Assembly (NCBI GenBank): GCA_002841395.1
Contig: PGZM01000002.1
Location: 68,201-132,200, forward strand
Reading direction: 5' to 3'
DNA from: Firmicutes bacterium HGW-Firmicutes-9
Lineage (GTDB): Bacteria > Bacillota > Clostridia > Christensenellales > CAG-138
Length of the DNA: 64,000 nucleotides
Both the position numbers and the translations under genes were made by a program. Shown in pieces: positions 16,248 through 24,649 of this stretch. Each line of letters starts with the position of its first letter. The first letter of the stretch is position 1. Under the pieces are notes generated by a model. That model saw nothing but the letters and a program-made list of their open reading frames with translations, was not told the origin of the DNA and ran no database searches.

Positions 16248-18908
16248 TTATTTGCGCTTTGCGACAGCCCGCTGAATGACCTTCACGATCTCAACCATCG
16301 GGATGATCATGAACGCGAGGGCAAGCGCAATGCCGTATTCGAGAACGCTGATGTGCTCAAAGCTGAATGCTTTTTGCAGGAACGGCACATACAGCACCAC
16401 GAGCGTCAGTACGAGCGATAGAATCGCAGCACCCCAGAGATACTTGTTCTGGCACTTGATGGAGAACACGCTCTGCCGCTGCGAGCGCATGTTGAAGCTA
16501 TGGAAGATCTCCGCCATGCTCAGCGTGAGGAATGCCATCGTCGTGCCGTCGGTGCTGTTGGCAATCGCCCAGACGCCGTTTTGAATCCGCTCGCCGACGA
16601 AGAACGCGGCAAGCGTGAGCAGCGTGACAAAGAATCCCTGATATGCCACGTCAAATCCGACGCCGCCCGCGAAGATACCGTCCTTTGGGTTGCGCGGCGG
16701 ACGGCTCATGATATCGCTTTCACAGGCCTCGGTGCCGAGCGCGAGCGCGGGTAGGGAGTCCGTAATCAGGTTGATCCAAAGTAGATGAACAGGCTTGAGG
16801 ATGATGAATCCCAGCAGCGTCGCAAAGAAGATGCTCAGCACCTCGCTCATGTTGGAGGAGAGCAGGAACTGGATCGACTTGCGGATGTTGTCGTAGATCC
16901 GGCGGCCTTCTTCGACCGCGCCGACGATGGTCGCAAAGTTATCGTCCGCGAGCACCATGTCCGCAACGTTCTTCGTCACGTCCGTGCCGGTGATGCCCAT
17001 GCCGATGCCGATATCCGCGCTCTTGATGCTGGGAGCATCGTTCACGCCGTCGCCCGTCATCGCGGTGATGAACCCATTCTTGCGCCAGGCGTTGACAATG
17101 CGAACCTTATGCTCCGGCTGCACGCGGGCATAGACGCTGTAGTTACCGACGGTCTTTTCAAACGTTGCGTCGTCGATCTCGTCCAGCTGCGCGCCGGTGA
17201 TCGCCTCGGACGCATCCGAAATGATGCCGAGCGTGAGCGCGATGGCGGCTGCGGTGTCGCGGTGATCACCCGTGATCATGATCGGGCGGATGCCGGCGGA
17301 GCGGCATTCCTGAATCGCGCCGATGACTTCCGGACGGACGGGATCGATCATGCCGACGAGACCGAGGAAGACGAGTTCCTGCTCCAGCGCGGCGGGGGAG
17401 TTGTCGGTTGGCTTTGCGTTGTGAAGCCGCATAGCGCCCGCGAGCACGCGGAGCGCTTTGCCCGCCATGGCCTTGTTCGCGGAGAGAATCTCGGCGCGGA
17501 CTTCATCCGTGATCGGGTTCGCCTTGCCATTTCTCCAATAATACACGCACTTTTTGAGCACTTCGTCCGGTGCGCCCTTGGTATATTGCACAATTCCATC
17601 CGCCGTCTGATGCACGGTAGACATCATTTTGCGCATGCTGTCAAAAGGCGCTTCGTCTACGCGTGGTTCTGTTTCTTTCAATGAGGTTTTGTTCTGATCT
17701 TTTGTGACCGCGAAGTTGACCAGTGCGCACTCGGTCGGTTCGCCGATGGCGAAGCCGCTTTCGTCCAGCTCCGCGTCGCTGCAAAGCGCCATAGCCTTGG
17801 CTAAGAGCTGCACATCGTCCGCGTAATCTTCCACGACAGTCATCTTGTTCTGCGTGAGTGTGCCGGTCTTGTCCGAGCAGATGATCTGTGCGCAGCCGAG
17901 CGTTTCAACCGCGGTGAGCTTGCGGATGATGGCGTTGTGCTTGCTCATGTTGGTCACGCCGATGGAGAGCACGATGGTCACCACAGCGGCGAGGCCTTCC
18001 GGAATCGCGGCAACTGCCAGCGAAACCGCGATCAGGAACGAATCGAGGATGTATCGCTCGCCCGTGCCATGGAAGCGCAGGATGTTCACGCCGAAAATCA
18101 CGACGCAGATGCCGAGCACGAGCCATGTTAGTATCTTGGAAAGCTGGGAGAGCTTGATCTGCAGCGGCGTCTGGTTGTCCTCCGCCTGGGCGATCGCGTC
18201 GGCGATCTTGCCCATCTCGGTCTGCATGCCGATTGCGGTGATGACCGCTTTGCCGCGGCCGTAGACGACCGTACTGCCCATATAAACCATGTTTTTACGG
18301 TCGCCGAGGGGAATATCCTTCGCGCCGCCGAGCGAGAGCGCGTCGATCATCTTGCCGACGGGTACGCTTTCGCCGGTGAGCGCCGCTTCTTCAATTTGCA
18401 TGCTCGCGCTTTCGATGATGCGTCCGTCCGCGGGCACTGCGTCGCCTGCCTCAAGCAGCACAACGTCACCCACGACGAGCTCTTCGGTCTTTAAGCGCAA
18501 AATTTGCCCGTCGCGCAGCACGCGGCAGGTGGAAGCCGCCATCTTTTGCAGCGCCTCAATCGCCTTTTCGGCTTTGCTCTCCTGCACGACGCCGAGCACG
18601 GCGTTGATGATGACGACCGTGAGGATGATGATCACGTCTGCAAAGCTTTCGCCTTCGATCACGGCGGTGACGCCGGAGATGAGAGCCGCCGCAAGCAGGA
18701 TGAGAATCATCGGATCCTTCATCTGCTGGAAAAAGCGGACGATGAGCGGCGTTTTCTTTGCCTCCGCGAGCTTGTTCGGCCCGTTTTGTTCCAGTCTCTT
18801 TTGCGCTTCCGCTCCGCTTAATCCGTTCTCGTTGGAGGAGACGGAGGAGAGCGCCGTGGTTAGATCGAGTAAGTACTGTTGCATGATGGCTGTGTCCTTT
18901 CGTTTCAA
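16248..18908 (-). CDS. P-type ATPase, type IIA/IIB Ca2+(/Mn2+)-transporting
   Basis: 886 aa. CSDKTGTLTQN phosphorylation site, TGES, MITGD, TGDGVNDAP, and a 10-TM layout. Confidence 0.95.
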   Translation of the reverse strand: MKRKDTAIMQQYLLDLTTALSSVSSNENGLSGAEAQKRLEQNGPNKLAEAKKTPLIVRFFQQMKDPMILILLAAALISGVTAVIEGESFADVIIILTVVIINAVLGVVQESKAEKAIEALQKMAASTCRVLRDGQILRLKTEELVVGDVVLLEAGDAVPADGRIIESASMQIEEAALTGESVPVGKMIDALSLGGAKDIPLGDRKNMVYMGSTVVYGRGKAVITAIGMQTEMGKIADAIAQAEDNQTPLQIKLSQLSKILTWLVLGICVVIFGVNILRFHGTGERYILDSFLIAVSLAVAAIPEGLAAVVTIVLSIGVTNMSKHNAIIRKLTAVETLGCAQIICSDKTGTLTQNKMTVVEDYADDVQLLAKAMALCSDAELDESGFAIGEPTECALVNFAVTKDQNKTSLKETEPRVDEAPFDSMRKMMSTVHQTADGIVQYTKGAPDEVLKKCVYYWRNGKANPITDEVRAEILSANKAMAGKALRVLAGAMRLHNAKPTDNSPAALEQELVFLGLVGMIDPVRPEVIGAIQECRSAGIRPIMITGDHRDTAAAIALTLGIISDASEAITGAQLDEIDDATFEKTVGNYSVYARVQPEHKVRIVNAWRKNGFITAMTGDGVNDAPSIKSADIGIGMGITGTDVTKNVADMVLADDNFATIVGAVEEGRRIYDNIRKSIQFLLSSNMSEVLSIFFATLLGFIILKPVHLLWINLITDSLPALALGTEACESDIMSRPPRNPKDGIFAGGVGFDVAYQGFFVTLLTLAAFFVGERIQNGVWAIANSTDGTTMAFLTLSMAEIFHSFNMRSQRQSVFSIKCQNKYLWGAAILSLVLTLVVLYVPFLQKAFSFEHISVLEYGIALALAFMIIPMVEIVKVIQRAVAKRK

Positions 18909-18940
18909 ACGGAATACGAGTTTCGCAGCGAGAGTTGCCT

Positions 18941-19082
18941 AAAAAGAAAAAAGCCCATGTACGGCAAACACGCTGTCGTACATGAGTCTCGCTATTTCAT
19001 CCAAGCCAGACGCGCCATGCGTCGTGCTACCATGTTGACTTGGAACGCGGCGTTGTGCCGTGCCAACTACTCCCTCACGCAG
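18941..19082 (-). promoter_or_regulatory. yybP-ykoY (Mn2+) riboswitch-like leader with terminator expression platform
   Basis: The minus strand has GAG-GGAGUAG ... UCAACAU ... UAGCGAGAC-CUC, with complementary P1 strands (GCGUGAG / CUCAUG). The terminator CATGTACG...CGTACATG plus T6CT5 (18941-18984) shares its 5' arm with the P1 3' strand. The element sits upstream of a cation P-type ATPase, which is a known context for this class. Confidence 0.6.
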
Positions 19083-19087
19083 TATTC

Positions 19088-19115
19088 ATTATAGCAAATT
19101 ACAAGAAGATTGCAA
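19088..19115 (-). promoter_or_regulatory. Promoter of the riboswitch/ATPase transcript
   Basis: The minus strand reads TTGCAA-16 nt-TGcTATAAT (extended -10). Confidence 0.55.
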
Positions 19116-19134
19116 ACGTCCAATTGGTTACAAA

Positions 19135-19163
19135 TTGACGCAACATGCAACAACGGGTATAAT
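19135..19163 (+). promoter_or_regulatory. Promoter of the methyltransferase leader
   Basis: TTGACG-17 nt-TATAAT. Confidence 0.6.
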
Positions 19164-19167
19164 AAAT

Positions 19168-19333
19168 CGACAAACGAAACAGAGGACACTGGAGGGATAC
19201 AATCCGGGGCGGGAAAGATATTTCCCAATCTGGAACGGAAGAGAGACGCCAACGAAACACAAGCAGGCTGATATGCCTGTCTGTTTTTGTCGGCATTTCT
19301 TTTCTACCGGTATCCTTCTGCGATGATTTTTTA
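19168..19333 (+). promoter_or_regulatory. Structured 5' leader (unclassified attenuator / candidate riboswitch aptamer region)
   Basis: A 13-bp long-range helix (19168-19183 with 19280-19292) encloses three hairpins. Segments 19191-19200 and 19309-19319 can pair in alternative ways with the terminator arm. Confidence 0.4.
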
Positions 19334-19370
19334 AGAGGGATACTGAGTCAGTAGTCCCTCTTTTTCGTTT
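19334..19370 (+). terminator. Intrinsic terminator inside the leader (attenuator)
   Basis: AGAGGGATACT-GAGTC-AGTAGTCCCTCT followed by TTTTTCGTTT, about 30 nt upstream of the RBS and ATG at 19400. Confidence 0.7.
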
Positions 19371-19399
19371 GTCGATTTTAAATTTTAAGGAGAACAATT

Positions 19400-20236
19400 A
19401 TGTTTGACATTACAACACTTATGAATCAGGTAAAGAAACCCTCGCTCTATCAGTCGGGCGCGTCGCTCTGGACACACCCGCACATCGCCAAAGAAATGCT
19501 GCGCGCGCATCTTTCGCCAAACACCGACGCGGCGAGCTACAAGCCCGAGACGATGGACGCAATCTGTGATCACTTATCATCGCGAATGGGACTCAGCAAG
19601 TGCAGCCGCATCATCGATCTCGGATGCGGTCCGGGGCTGTATTGCCAACGGCTCGCGCAGCGAGGGTTTCAAATGACGGGTGTCGACCAGTCTGAAAATT
19701 CGATTCAGTATGCCAAGGAGCTCTGCGCATCCTTGCCGGCGGAGTTTGTCTGCGGTTCCTATCTGGACAAACTGCCATGCAGCGAACTGGACGGCGCGAT
19801 CATGATTTCGCAGGATTACGGCGTTCTTTCGACGGATCAACGAAAAGCATTTCTGAAGAATGTCCGCTCCGCGCTCAAACCGGACGGCGTGTTCGCCTTT
19901 GATGTCGCGAGCCTCGCCGCGTACCAGGCAATAGAGAAATCCGCGCAACCGTCCTGGAGCGCAGCCGAAAAGGGGTTCTGGCGGGCGCATCCGTATCTCA
20001 TACTGGAGGAAGCCTTCTACTATCCCGAAGCATCGTGCACCTGCTATCTCTATGCGGTGCTGGATGAAGAGCTGACCGTCTATCGAATCTGGCAAACATA
20101 TTTTACGCCGGAGTCGATTGCAAAAGAGCTGGAGGACAACGGATTTACGCTGCTGGAAGCGAGCGCAAATCTATCCGGTGATGACTGGACGCAAGAGAGC
20201 CTGACGATCGGCGTAATCTGCAAAAAAGCGGAATAA
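19400..20236 (+). CDS. Class I SAM-dependent methyltransferase
   Basis: 278 aa. Motif I IIDLGCGPG. AAGGAG RBS. Confidence 0.85.
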   Translation: MFDITTLMNQVKKPSLYQSGASLWTHPHIAKEMLRAHLSPNTDAASYKPETMDAICDHLSSRMGLSKCSRIIDLGCGPGLYCQRLAQRGFQMTGVDQSENSIQYAKELCASLPAEFVCGSYLDKLPCSELDGAIMISQDYGVLSTDQRKAFLKNVRSALKPDGVFAFDVASLAAYQAIEKSAQPSWSAAEKGFWRAHPYLILEEAFYYPEASCTCYLYAVLDEELTVYRIWQTYFTPESIAKELEDNGFTLLEASANLSGDDWTQESLTIGVICKKAE

Positions 20237-20450
20237 TGCGCGTTAACCAAAGCAAAATAGAACTTGCATAACGGTGCGGGCGGGCAGATGCGTAAACTTG
20301 CAGCAAAGATGTATTTCTCTGCATATAGTTGTGCACTCTGCCTGTTCGCACATGCTTCATTATGGTATACTTGTGAAAAGTTTCCAGACGGCATCATGAT
20401 TTGATCCGTTTTTTCACTTTTTTCAGACTAACATATTCGTGGGGTGGCAT

Positions 20451-21884
20451 ATGGAGAAACAGTCTAAGCGGGTTTTCAACGTCGGCACGCGCTCGTTTAT
20501 CGCGGCGCTCATCATTCTCTTTTTACTGATGGCGCTGACCTATGCGCTGACCCTGATGCTGCCCGCGGGCGAGTATCAGCGCGTCATCACCGACGGAAAA
20601 GAGTCTATCGTAGCCGAAACGTATCAAAGTGTCACGGGCGGGATTCCTCTTTGGAAATGGCTGCTCTCTCCGTTCCTCGCGCTGGGAGCTAGCGGCTCCG
20701 GCACGGTCATCGCCATCATCGCGTTCCTGCTCGTCATTGGCGGCGCGTTCAACGCGATGGACGAATGCGGCGTGCTTTCCTATATGTTCAATCGCGTCTA
20801 TCGCGCGTTTGAGACGCGAAAATATCGTCTCCTATTGCTCGTTTCGCTGTTCTTCATGGGGCTTGGCGCGTTTGTCGGCTCGTTTGAAGAGTGCGTTCCG
20901 CTGGTGCCAATCGCCGTTGCGCTCGCGTATTCGCTCGGTTGGGATGCGCTCGTCGGTCTTGGCATGAGCTTGCTCGCGGTCGGGTTCGGGTTCAGCACGG
21001 GCGTTGTGAATCCCTTTACGGTGGGCGTTGCGCAGCAGCTTGTGGGCTTGCCGATGTTTTCCGGCATCTGGATGCGCTTGTTGACGTTCGTTCTGATCTA
21101 CGGATTATTGATCGCGTTTCTCGTGCCGTACGCAAAAAAGATCGAACGCAATCCCGCAAAGAGCATGATCTATGATCCCGCGATGGCGGATCGCTGGGCG
21201 GCGCTCCGCACAGACTACGTACAGGACAGCCGCAAAGACCGCGGGCTGATCTGGTTTGCCGCGGTGCTTGGTTCGGGGATCGTGCTGATTCTGCTCTCCA
21301 GCTTTGTACCATTCTTACAGGATATCATCATGCCGCTGATCGCGGTGATCTTCCTCGTCGCGGGCACGGTGTCCTCGCTCGTATCGGGCATGAATCTCAA
21401 AAACTACCTCAAGTCATTCGGCAAGGGCGTCGTGAACATTCTGCCCGCCGTGCTGCTGATTCTGATGGCAAACTCGATTCGTTATACGATGGTCGAGTCG
21501 AAGATTCTGGATACGATCCTCTTTAAAACCGTGCAGCTCACGCAGAACGCGTCCAGCGGCGTGGTGGTGCTGATGATCTATGCGCTCGCGCTGGTGCTGG
21601 AGCTGTTTATCTCCAGCGGTTCGGCCAAGGCGTTCCTGCTGATGCCGCTGATCGCGCCGATTGCAGATCTTTCCGGCATCTCGCGTCAGATCGCGGTGCT
21701 TGCCTATGCGTTTGGAGACGGATTTTCCAACGTGTTTTATCCGACGAATCCCGTGCTACTCATTTCGCTCGGCATCGTAGGTATTGGCTATGGCAAATGG
21801 TTTAAATGGAGCGCGAAGATTCAGGTCTCGGTGCTCGCGTTGACCTGCGCGCTATTACTGTTTGCCAACGCGATCCGGTACTGA
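20451..21884 (+). CDS. YfcC-family (C4-dicarboxylate anaerobic carrier-like / putative basic amino acid antiporter) membrane protein
   Basis: ORF 20439.. trimmed to the ATG at 20451 after GGGGTGG. About 477 aa with multiple TM segments. N-terminus KR.F.VGTRSFIAALIILFLLM and other family-like features. Confidence 0.8.
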   Translation: MEKQSKRVFNVGTRSFIAALIILFLLMALTYALTLMLPAGEYQRVITDGKESIVAETYQSVTGGIPLWKWLLSPFLALGASGSGTVIAIIAFLLVIGGAFNAMDECGVLSYMFNRVYRAFETRKYRLLLLVSLFFMGLGAFVGSFEECVPLVPIAVALAYSLGWDALVGLGMSLLAVGFGFSTGVVNPFTVGVAQQLVGLPMFSGIWMRLLTFVLIYGLLIAFLVPYAKKIERNPAKSMIYDPAMADRWAALRTDYVQDSRKDRGLIWFAAVLGSGIVLILLSSFVPFLQDIIMPLIAVIFLVAGTVSSLVSGMNLKNYLKSFGKGVVNILPAVLLILMANSIRYTMVESKILDTILFKTVQLTQNASSGVVVLMIYALALVLELFISSGSAKAFLLMPLIAPIADLSGISRQIAVLAYAFGDGFSNVFYPTNPVLLISLGIVGIGYGKWFKWSAKIQVSVLALTCALLLFANAIRY

Positions 21885-21961
21885 TAAAATCTTTGTTGGG
21901 ATAACAAGAGATACATTCGTTATTTTGGGATATTGGGAGTAAAGGGGACAATCAGTACACA

Positions 21962-23086
21962 ATGATCCAACTCATGGCGGAGGAACTGGAACCGGCGGAG
22001 CTGCTGCCGGTCGGCACAACGCTGCATAGGCGTTATACAATCGACGGCGTCTTGGGCCGCGGCACATACGGCATCACCTATTTCGGGCACGACGAAAAGA
22101 CGGGCACACGCATCGCGCTCAAGGAATATTTTCCCTATGCGCTGGCGGATCGCGCGTCGGAGAGCCATGCGCTAACGCCGAAAAACAAGGCGTGCGGCGC
22201 ACTGTTCTTTCTGGGCAGCGAAATGTTTTATCGCCAGCATCTGGCGTTGACGGATGCAAAGGGCAGTGAAAACTGCGTGACCGTCTATACGGCGTTTTTC
22301 GAAAACGGCACGTCATACGCCGTCATGGAGCGGCTCACTGGCGTGACGCTGGAGCGTTATCTTCAGCTGCGGCGCAGAAAGCTTTTTCCCGACGAAGCCA
22401 TGTATATCGCGGCGTCGCTAGCGGATGCACTGCTGGTTGTACACAGTCTCAACTCGCTGCACTACGACATCAACGCGCGCTCAATCTTTCTCTGCACGGA
22501 CGGAACCGTCAAGCTCGTCGATTTTGGCGCGGCGAAAGCGGGGCTCCGCGCGCGGCAGGAGGTGGACGACACCGAACCCTGGGTCGATATCGCTGCCGTC
22601 GGCAAAACGCTCTATGAATCTATGACGGGACTTGCCGTGTTTGGTGACGGCATCCAGCCGCACGCGAACATCCCGCCGCAGTTCTTTGAGTTTCTCTGGC
22701 AGGCGACAGGCGGGGCAGGGTATCGACGTATCTCCAACGTGTTTGAATACCGTCATGCGCTCGCTTGTGTCGAGATCGGCGCCGTTTGTCCGGACGTGAC
22801 GGACGAGGATGTTTCAAGCGCCGTTCCGCAGATTCACAAAACCGTGCCGCAGAACAGGCCGCAGGTTTCCGCGGCAAAAGAGCAGCCGCAGGAAGCGGGG
22901 CAGAAGCGTTCGATTCTTGACCGCGCGCTGGACGCGATGGAAGGCGCGGTAACGACCGAGAAAACGCTCGATTCGGAACAGGCGCAAAAGGAACAGCGCA
23001 TCAAGAAGCGGGTTTGGATGATCTACGGTGGCGTGGTCGCCGCGACGCTCATCCTCGCGCTCTTACTCAGAGGTTTGATTCACTAA
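21962..23086 (+). CDS. Membrane-anchored protein-kinase-like protein with a degenerate catalytic loop (possible pseudokinase)
   Basis: 374 aa. G-loop GRGTYGITY, IALKEY, DFG present, but the catalytic loop is HYDINARS instead of HRDxKxxN. One C-terminal TM (VWMIYGGVVAATLILALLL). Confidence 0.75.
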   Translation: MIQLMAEELEPAELLPVGTTLHRRYTIDGVLGRGTYGITYFGHDEKTGTRIALKEYFPYALADRASESHALTPKNKACGALFFLGSEMFYRQHLALTDAKGSENCVTVYTAFFENGTSYAVMERLTGVTLERYLQLRRRKLFPDEAMYIAASLADALLVVHSLNSLHYDINARSIFLCTDGTVKLVDFGAAKAGLRARQEVDDTEPWVDIAAVGKTLYESMTGLAVFGDGIQPHANIPPQFFEFLWQATGGAGYRRISNVFEYRHALACVEIGAVCPDVTDEDVSSAVPQIHKTVPQNRPQVSAAKEQPQEAGQKRSILDRALDAMEGAVTTEKTLDSEQAQKEQRIKKRVWMIYGGVVAATLILALLLRGLIH

Positions 23087-23092
23087 ACAAAC

Positions 23093-23122
23093 AAAATCCC
23101 GCCGGTTGGCGGGATTTTTTGT
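23093..23122. terminator. Bidirectional intrinsic terminator
   Basis: AAAATCCCGCC-GGTT-GGCGGGATTTTTT. Confidence 0.8.
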
Positions 23123-23143
23123 TTGCGTGTTGTGAAAAGTTTT

Positions 23144-24076
23144 CTACGCGGCCTGCGCTTTCTTCTGACCGAGTTTGCCAAAGAACCTGAATGTGAGAGG
23201 CCAGAGCGCGCCGCCGACGAGCACCATCAGGAAATAGCGGATGCCGTTACCCACGTCGTGCCCGCCAAAGAGCGACAGAAGCGGCGCCTTGAGCAGCATG
23301 CGTACCGCGATGACTATGCCAAGCCCGAGCACGAGTTTGAGCAGCTGCGCCCACCAGACCGCTTTCACGGAGAAGTTGATGTACTTGCGTTCCAGCCATA
23401 GCACGACGGCAAAGCCGACCGCGCCGCCGACCATCTTATAGCCGCTTTCGTAGCATTCAAGAGAGAACTGCGCAATCGCGTTGGCGGGCATCGGCACGAG
23501 CTCAATGTAGAGAATCAGCGCGACGCCTGTGGCAAGCAGCAGCGCAATCAACGGCGCAAACCACTTCGCGTTGTCCCACGCGCGGTTCAGTAGGGGATAG
23601 GCAACCGCGACCAGCAGGAGCGCTACTCCAAGCGAAACCAACACATCCGCCGGGGTATGCACGCCGAGGTACATCCGAGAAAACGCAACGAGCAATGCAA
23701 GCGCCACGCAGACAATCCGAATCCAGAGCTCCTTACGTGCCCAGGTAATGCCGAAGAACATGCCTGCGGAGTTCTGCGTGTGTCCGCTGGGGAAGGAATA
23801 TCCCGTCGCCTGCGCGCGGGCACTCTCCACGATCGTGAAATCCTTGTCCAGCACCCAAGGGCGCGGCACGAGGAAGACGAGCTTGAGGAACGTATTGATG
23901 ATGTTGCCTAAGAAACTCACGTAAAGTAGCAGATAGCCTGTCTTTTTATCGATGCACCAGAAGAATGCCATCGCGATGATCATGAAGATCATCTCTTCGC
24001 CAAAGAAGGTGAGAAACTGGAACACGGTATCCAGAAACGGCGTACGGATGACTTCGAGCAGCTTTAAAAACTCCAT
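23144..24076 (-). CDS. PAP2-family phosphatase fused to an extra multi-TM C-terminal region
   Basis: 310 aa. PSGH (FPSGHTQNS) and SRMYLGVHTPADV motifs. GGGAGGGA RBS. Confidence 0.85.
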   Translation of the reverse strand: MEFLKLLEVIRTPFLDTVFQFLTFFGEEMIFMIIAMAFFWCIDKKTGYLLLYVSFLGNIINTFLKLVFLVPRPWVLDKDFTIVESARAQATGYSFPSGHTQNSAGMFFGITWARKELWIRIVCVALALLVAFSRMYLGVHTPADVLVSLGVALLLVAVAYPLLNRAWDNAKWFAPLIALLLATGVALILYIELVPMPANAIAQFSLECYESGYKMVGGAVGFAVVLWLERKYINFSVKAVWWAQLLKLVLGLGIVIAVRMLLKAPLLSLFGGHDVGNGIRYFLMVLVGGALWPLTFRFFGKLGQKKAQAA

Positions 24077-24196
24077 GCTTGTCCCTCCCGAACATACGAT
24101 TCAATTAAATTCTAGCACAATCATACACGATTCAAACGTGTTCCAGAAGAGTGAATTCAAAGGATTGAGAAATTTTCTGTACAAAAAAAGCGCCCG

Positions 24197-24649
24197 TTAG
24201 CGAAGCGCCTGAAAGAAACGGGATAGGAGCGACTTGCACTCTTCTTCGAGAATACCGCCCCAGGTTTCGACAGAGTGCAGAAAGCACTTGTCGGTCAAGT
24301 CCATCTTGGAGCCGCAGCAGCCCGCGACCTCGTCGAACGCGCCGTAGACAAGCCTGCCAAGCTTTGCGTTGACGCATGCGCCCGCGCACATCGCGCAGGG
24401 TTCGAGGGTGACATACAGCGTACAGTCCGCAAGTCGGCCGCCGAGCTTCGCCATGCCTTCGCGGAGGCAGAGCATCTCCGCGTGCTGGGTCGCGTCGTGC
24501 GCCCGCTCCACATGATTGTGCGCGCGGGAGACGATTTCGCCATTGCGCACCAGCACCGCGCCGACGGGAACCTCGCCCGCGTCAAACGCGAGCTGTGCTT
24601 CCTCGAGCGCGAGGCGCATATACGATTCCATCTCGGCGTGATTGTTCAT
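24197..24649 (-). CDS. tadA: tRNA adenosine(34) deaminase
   Basis: 150 aa. HAEM...PCAMCAGA zinc motifs. The start overlaps the truA stop. Confidence 0.9.
   Translation of the reverse strand: MNNHAEMESYMRLALEEAQLAFDAGEVPVGAVLVRNGEIVSRAHNHVERAHDATQHAEMLCLREGMAKLGGRLADCTLYVTLEPCAMCAGACVNAKLGRLVYGAFDEVAGCCGSKMDLTDKCFLHSVETWGGILEEECKSLLSRFFQALR

Noticed and set aside
19168-19292. Assignment of the methyltransferase leader to the glycine or SAM-I riboswitch classes.
   Set aside because: The architecture superficially resembles a glycine aptamer (P1 enclosing hairpins, with a CUGGAG start), and GGAGGGA recalls SAM-I. However, the diagnostic cores (ACCGAAGGGGCAA and CUCAGGCAAAAGGAC for glycine; GGCCC and GCAACC for SAM-I) are absent.
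24077-24196. Intrinsic terminator after tadA.
   Set aside because: A T7 run exists on the minus strand (24185-24191 region), but the preceding hairpin is only about 4 bp (GCGC/GCGC). That is too weak to annotate.
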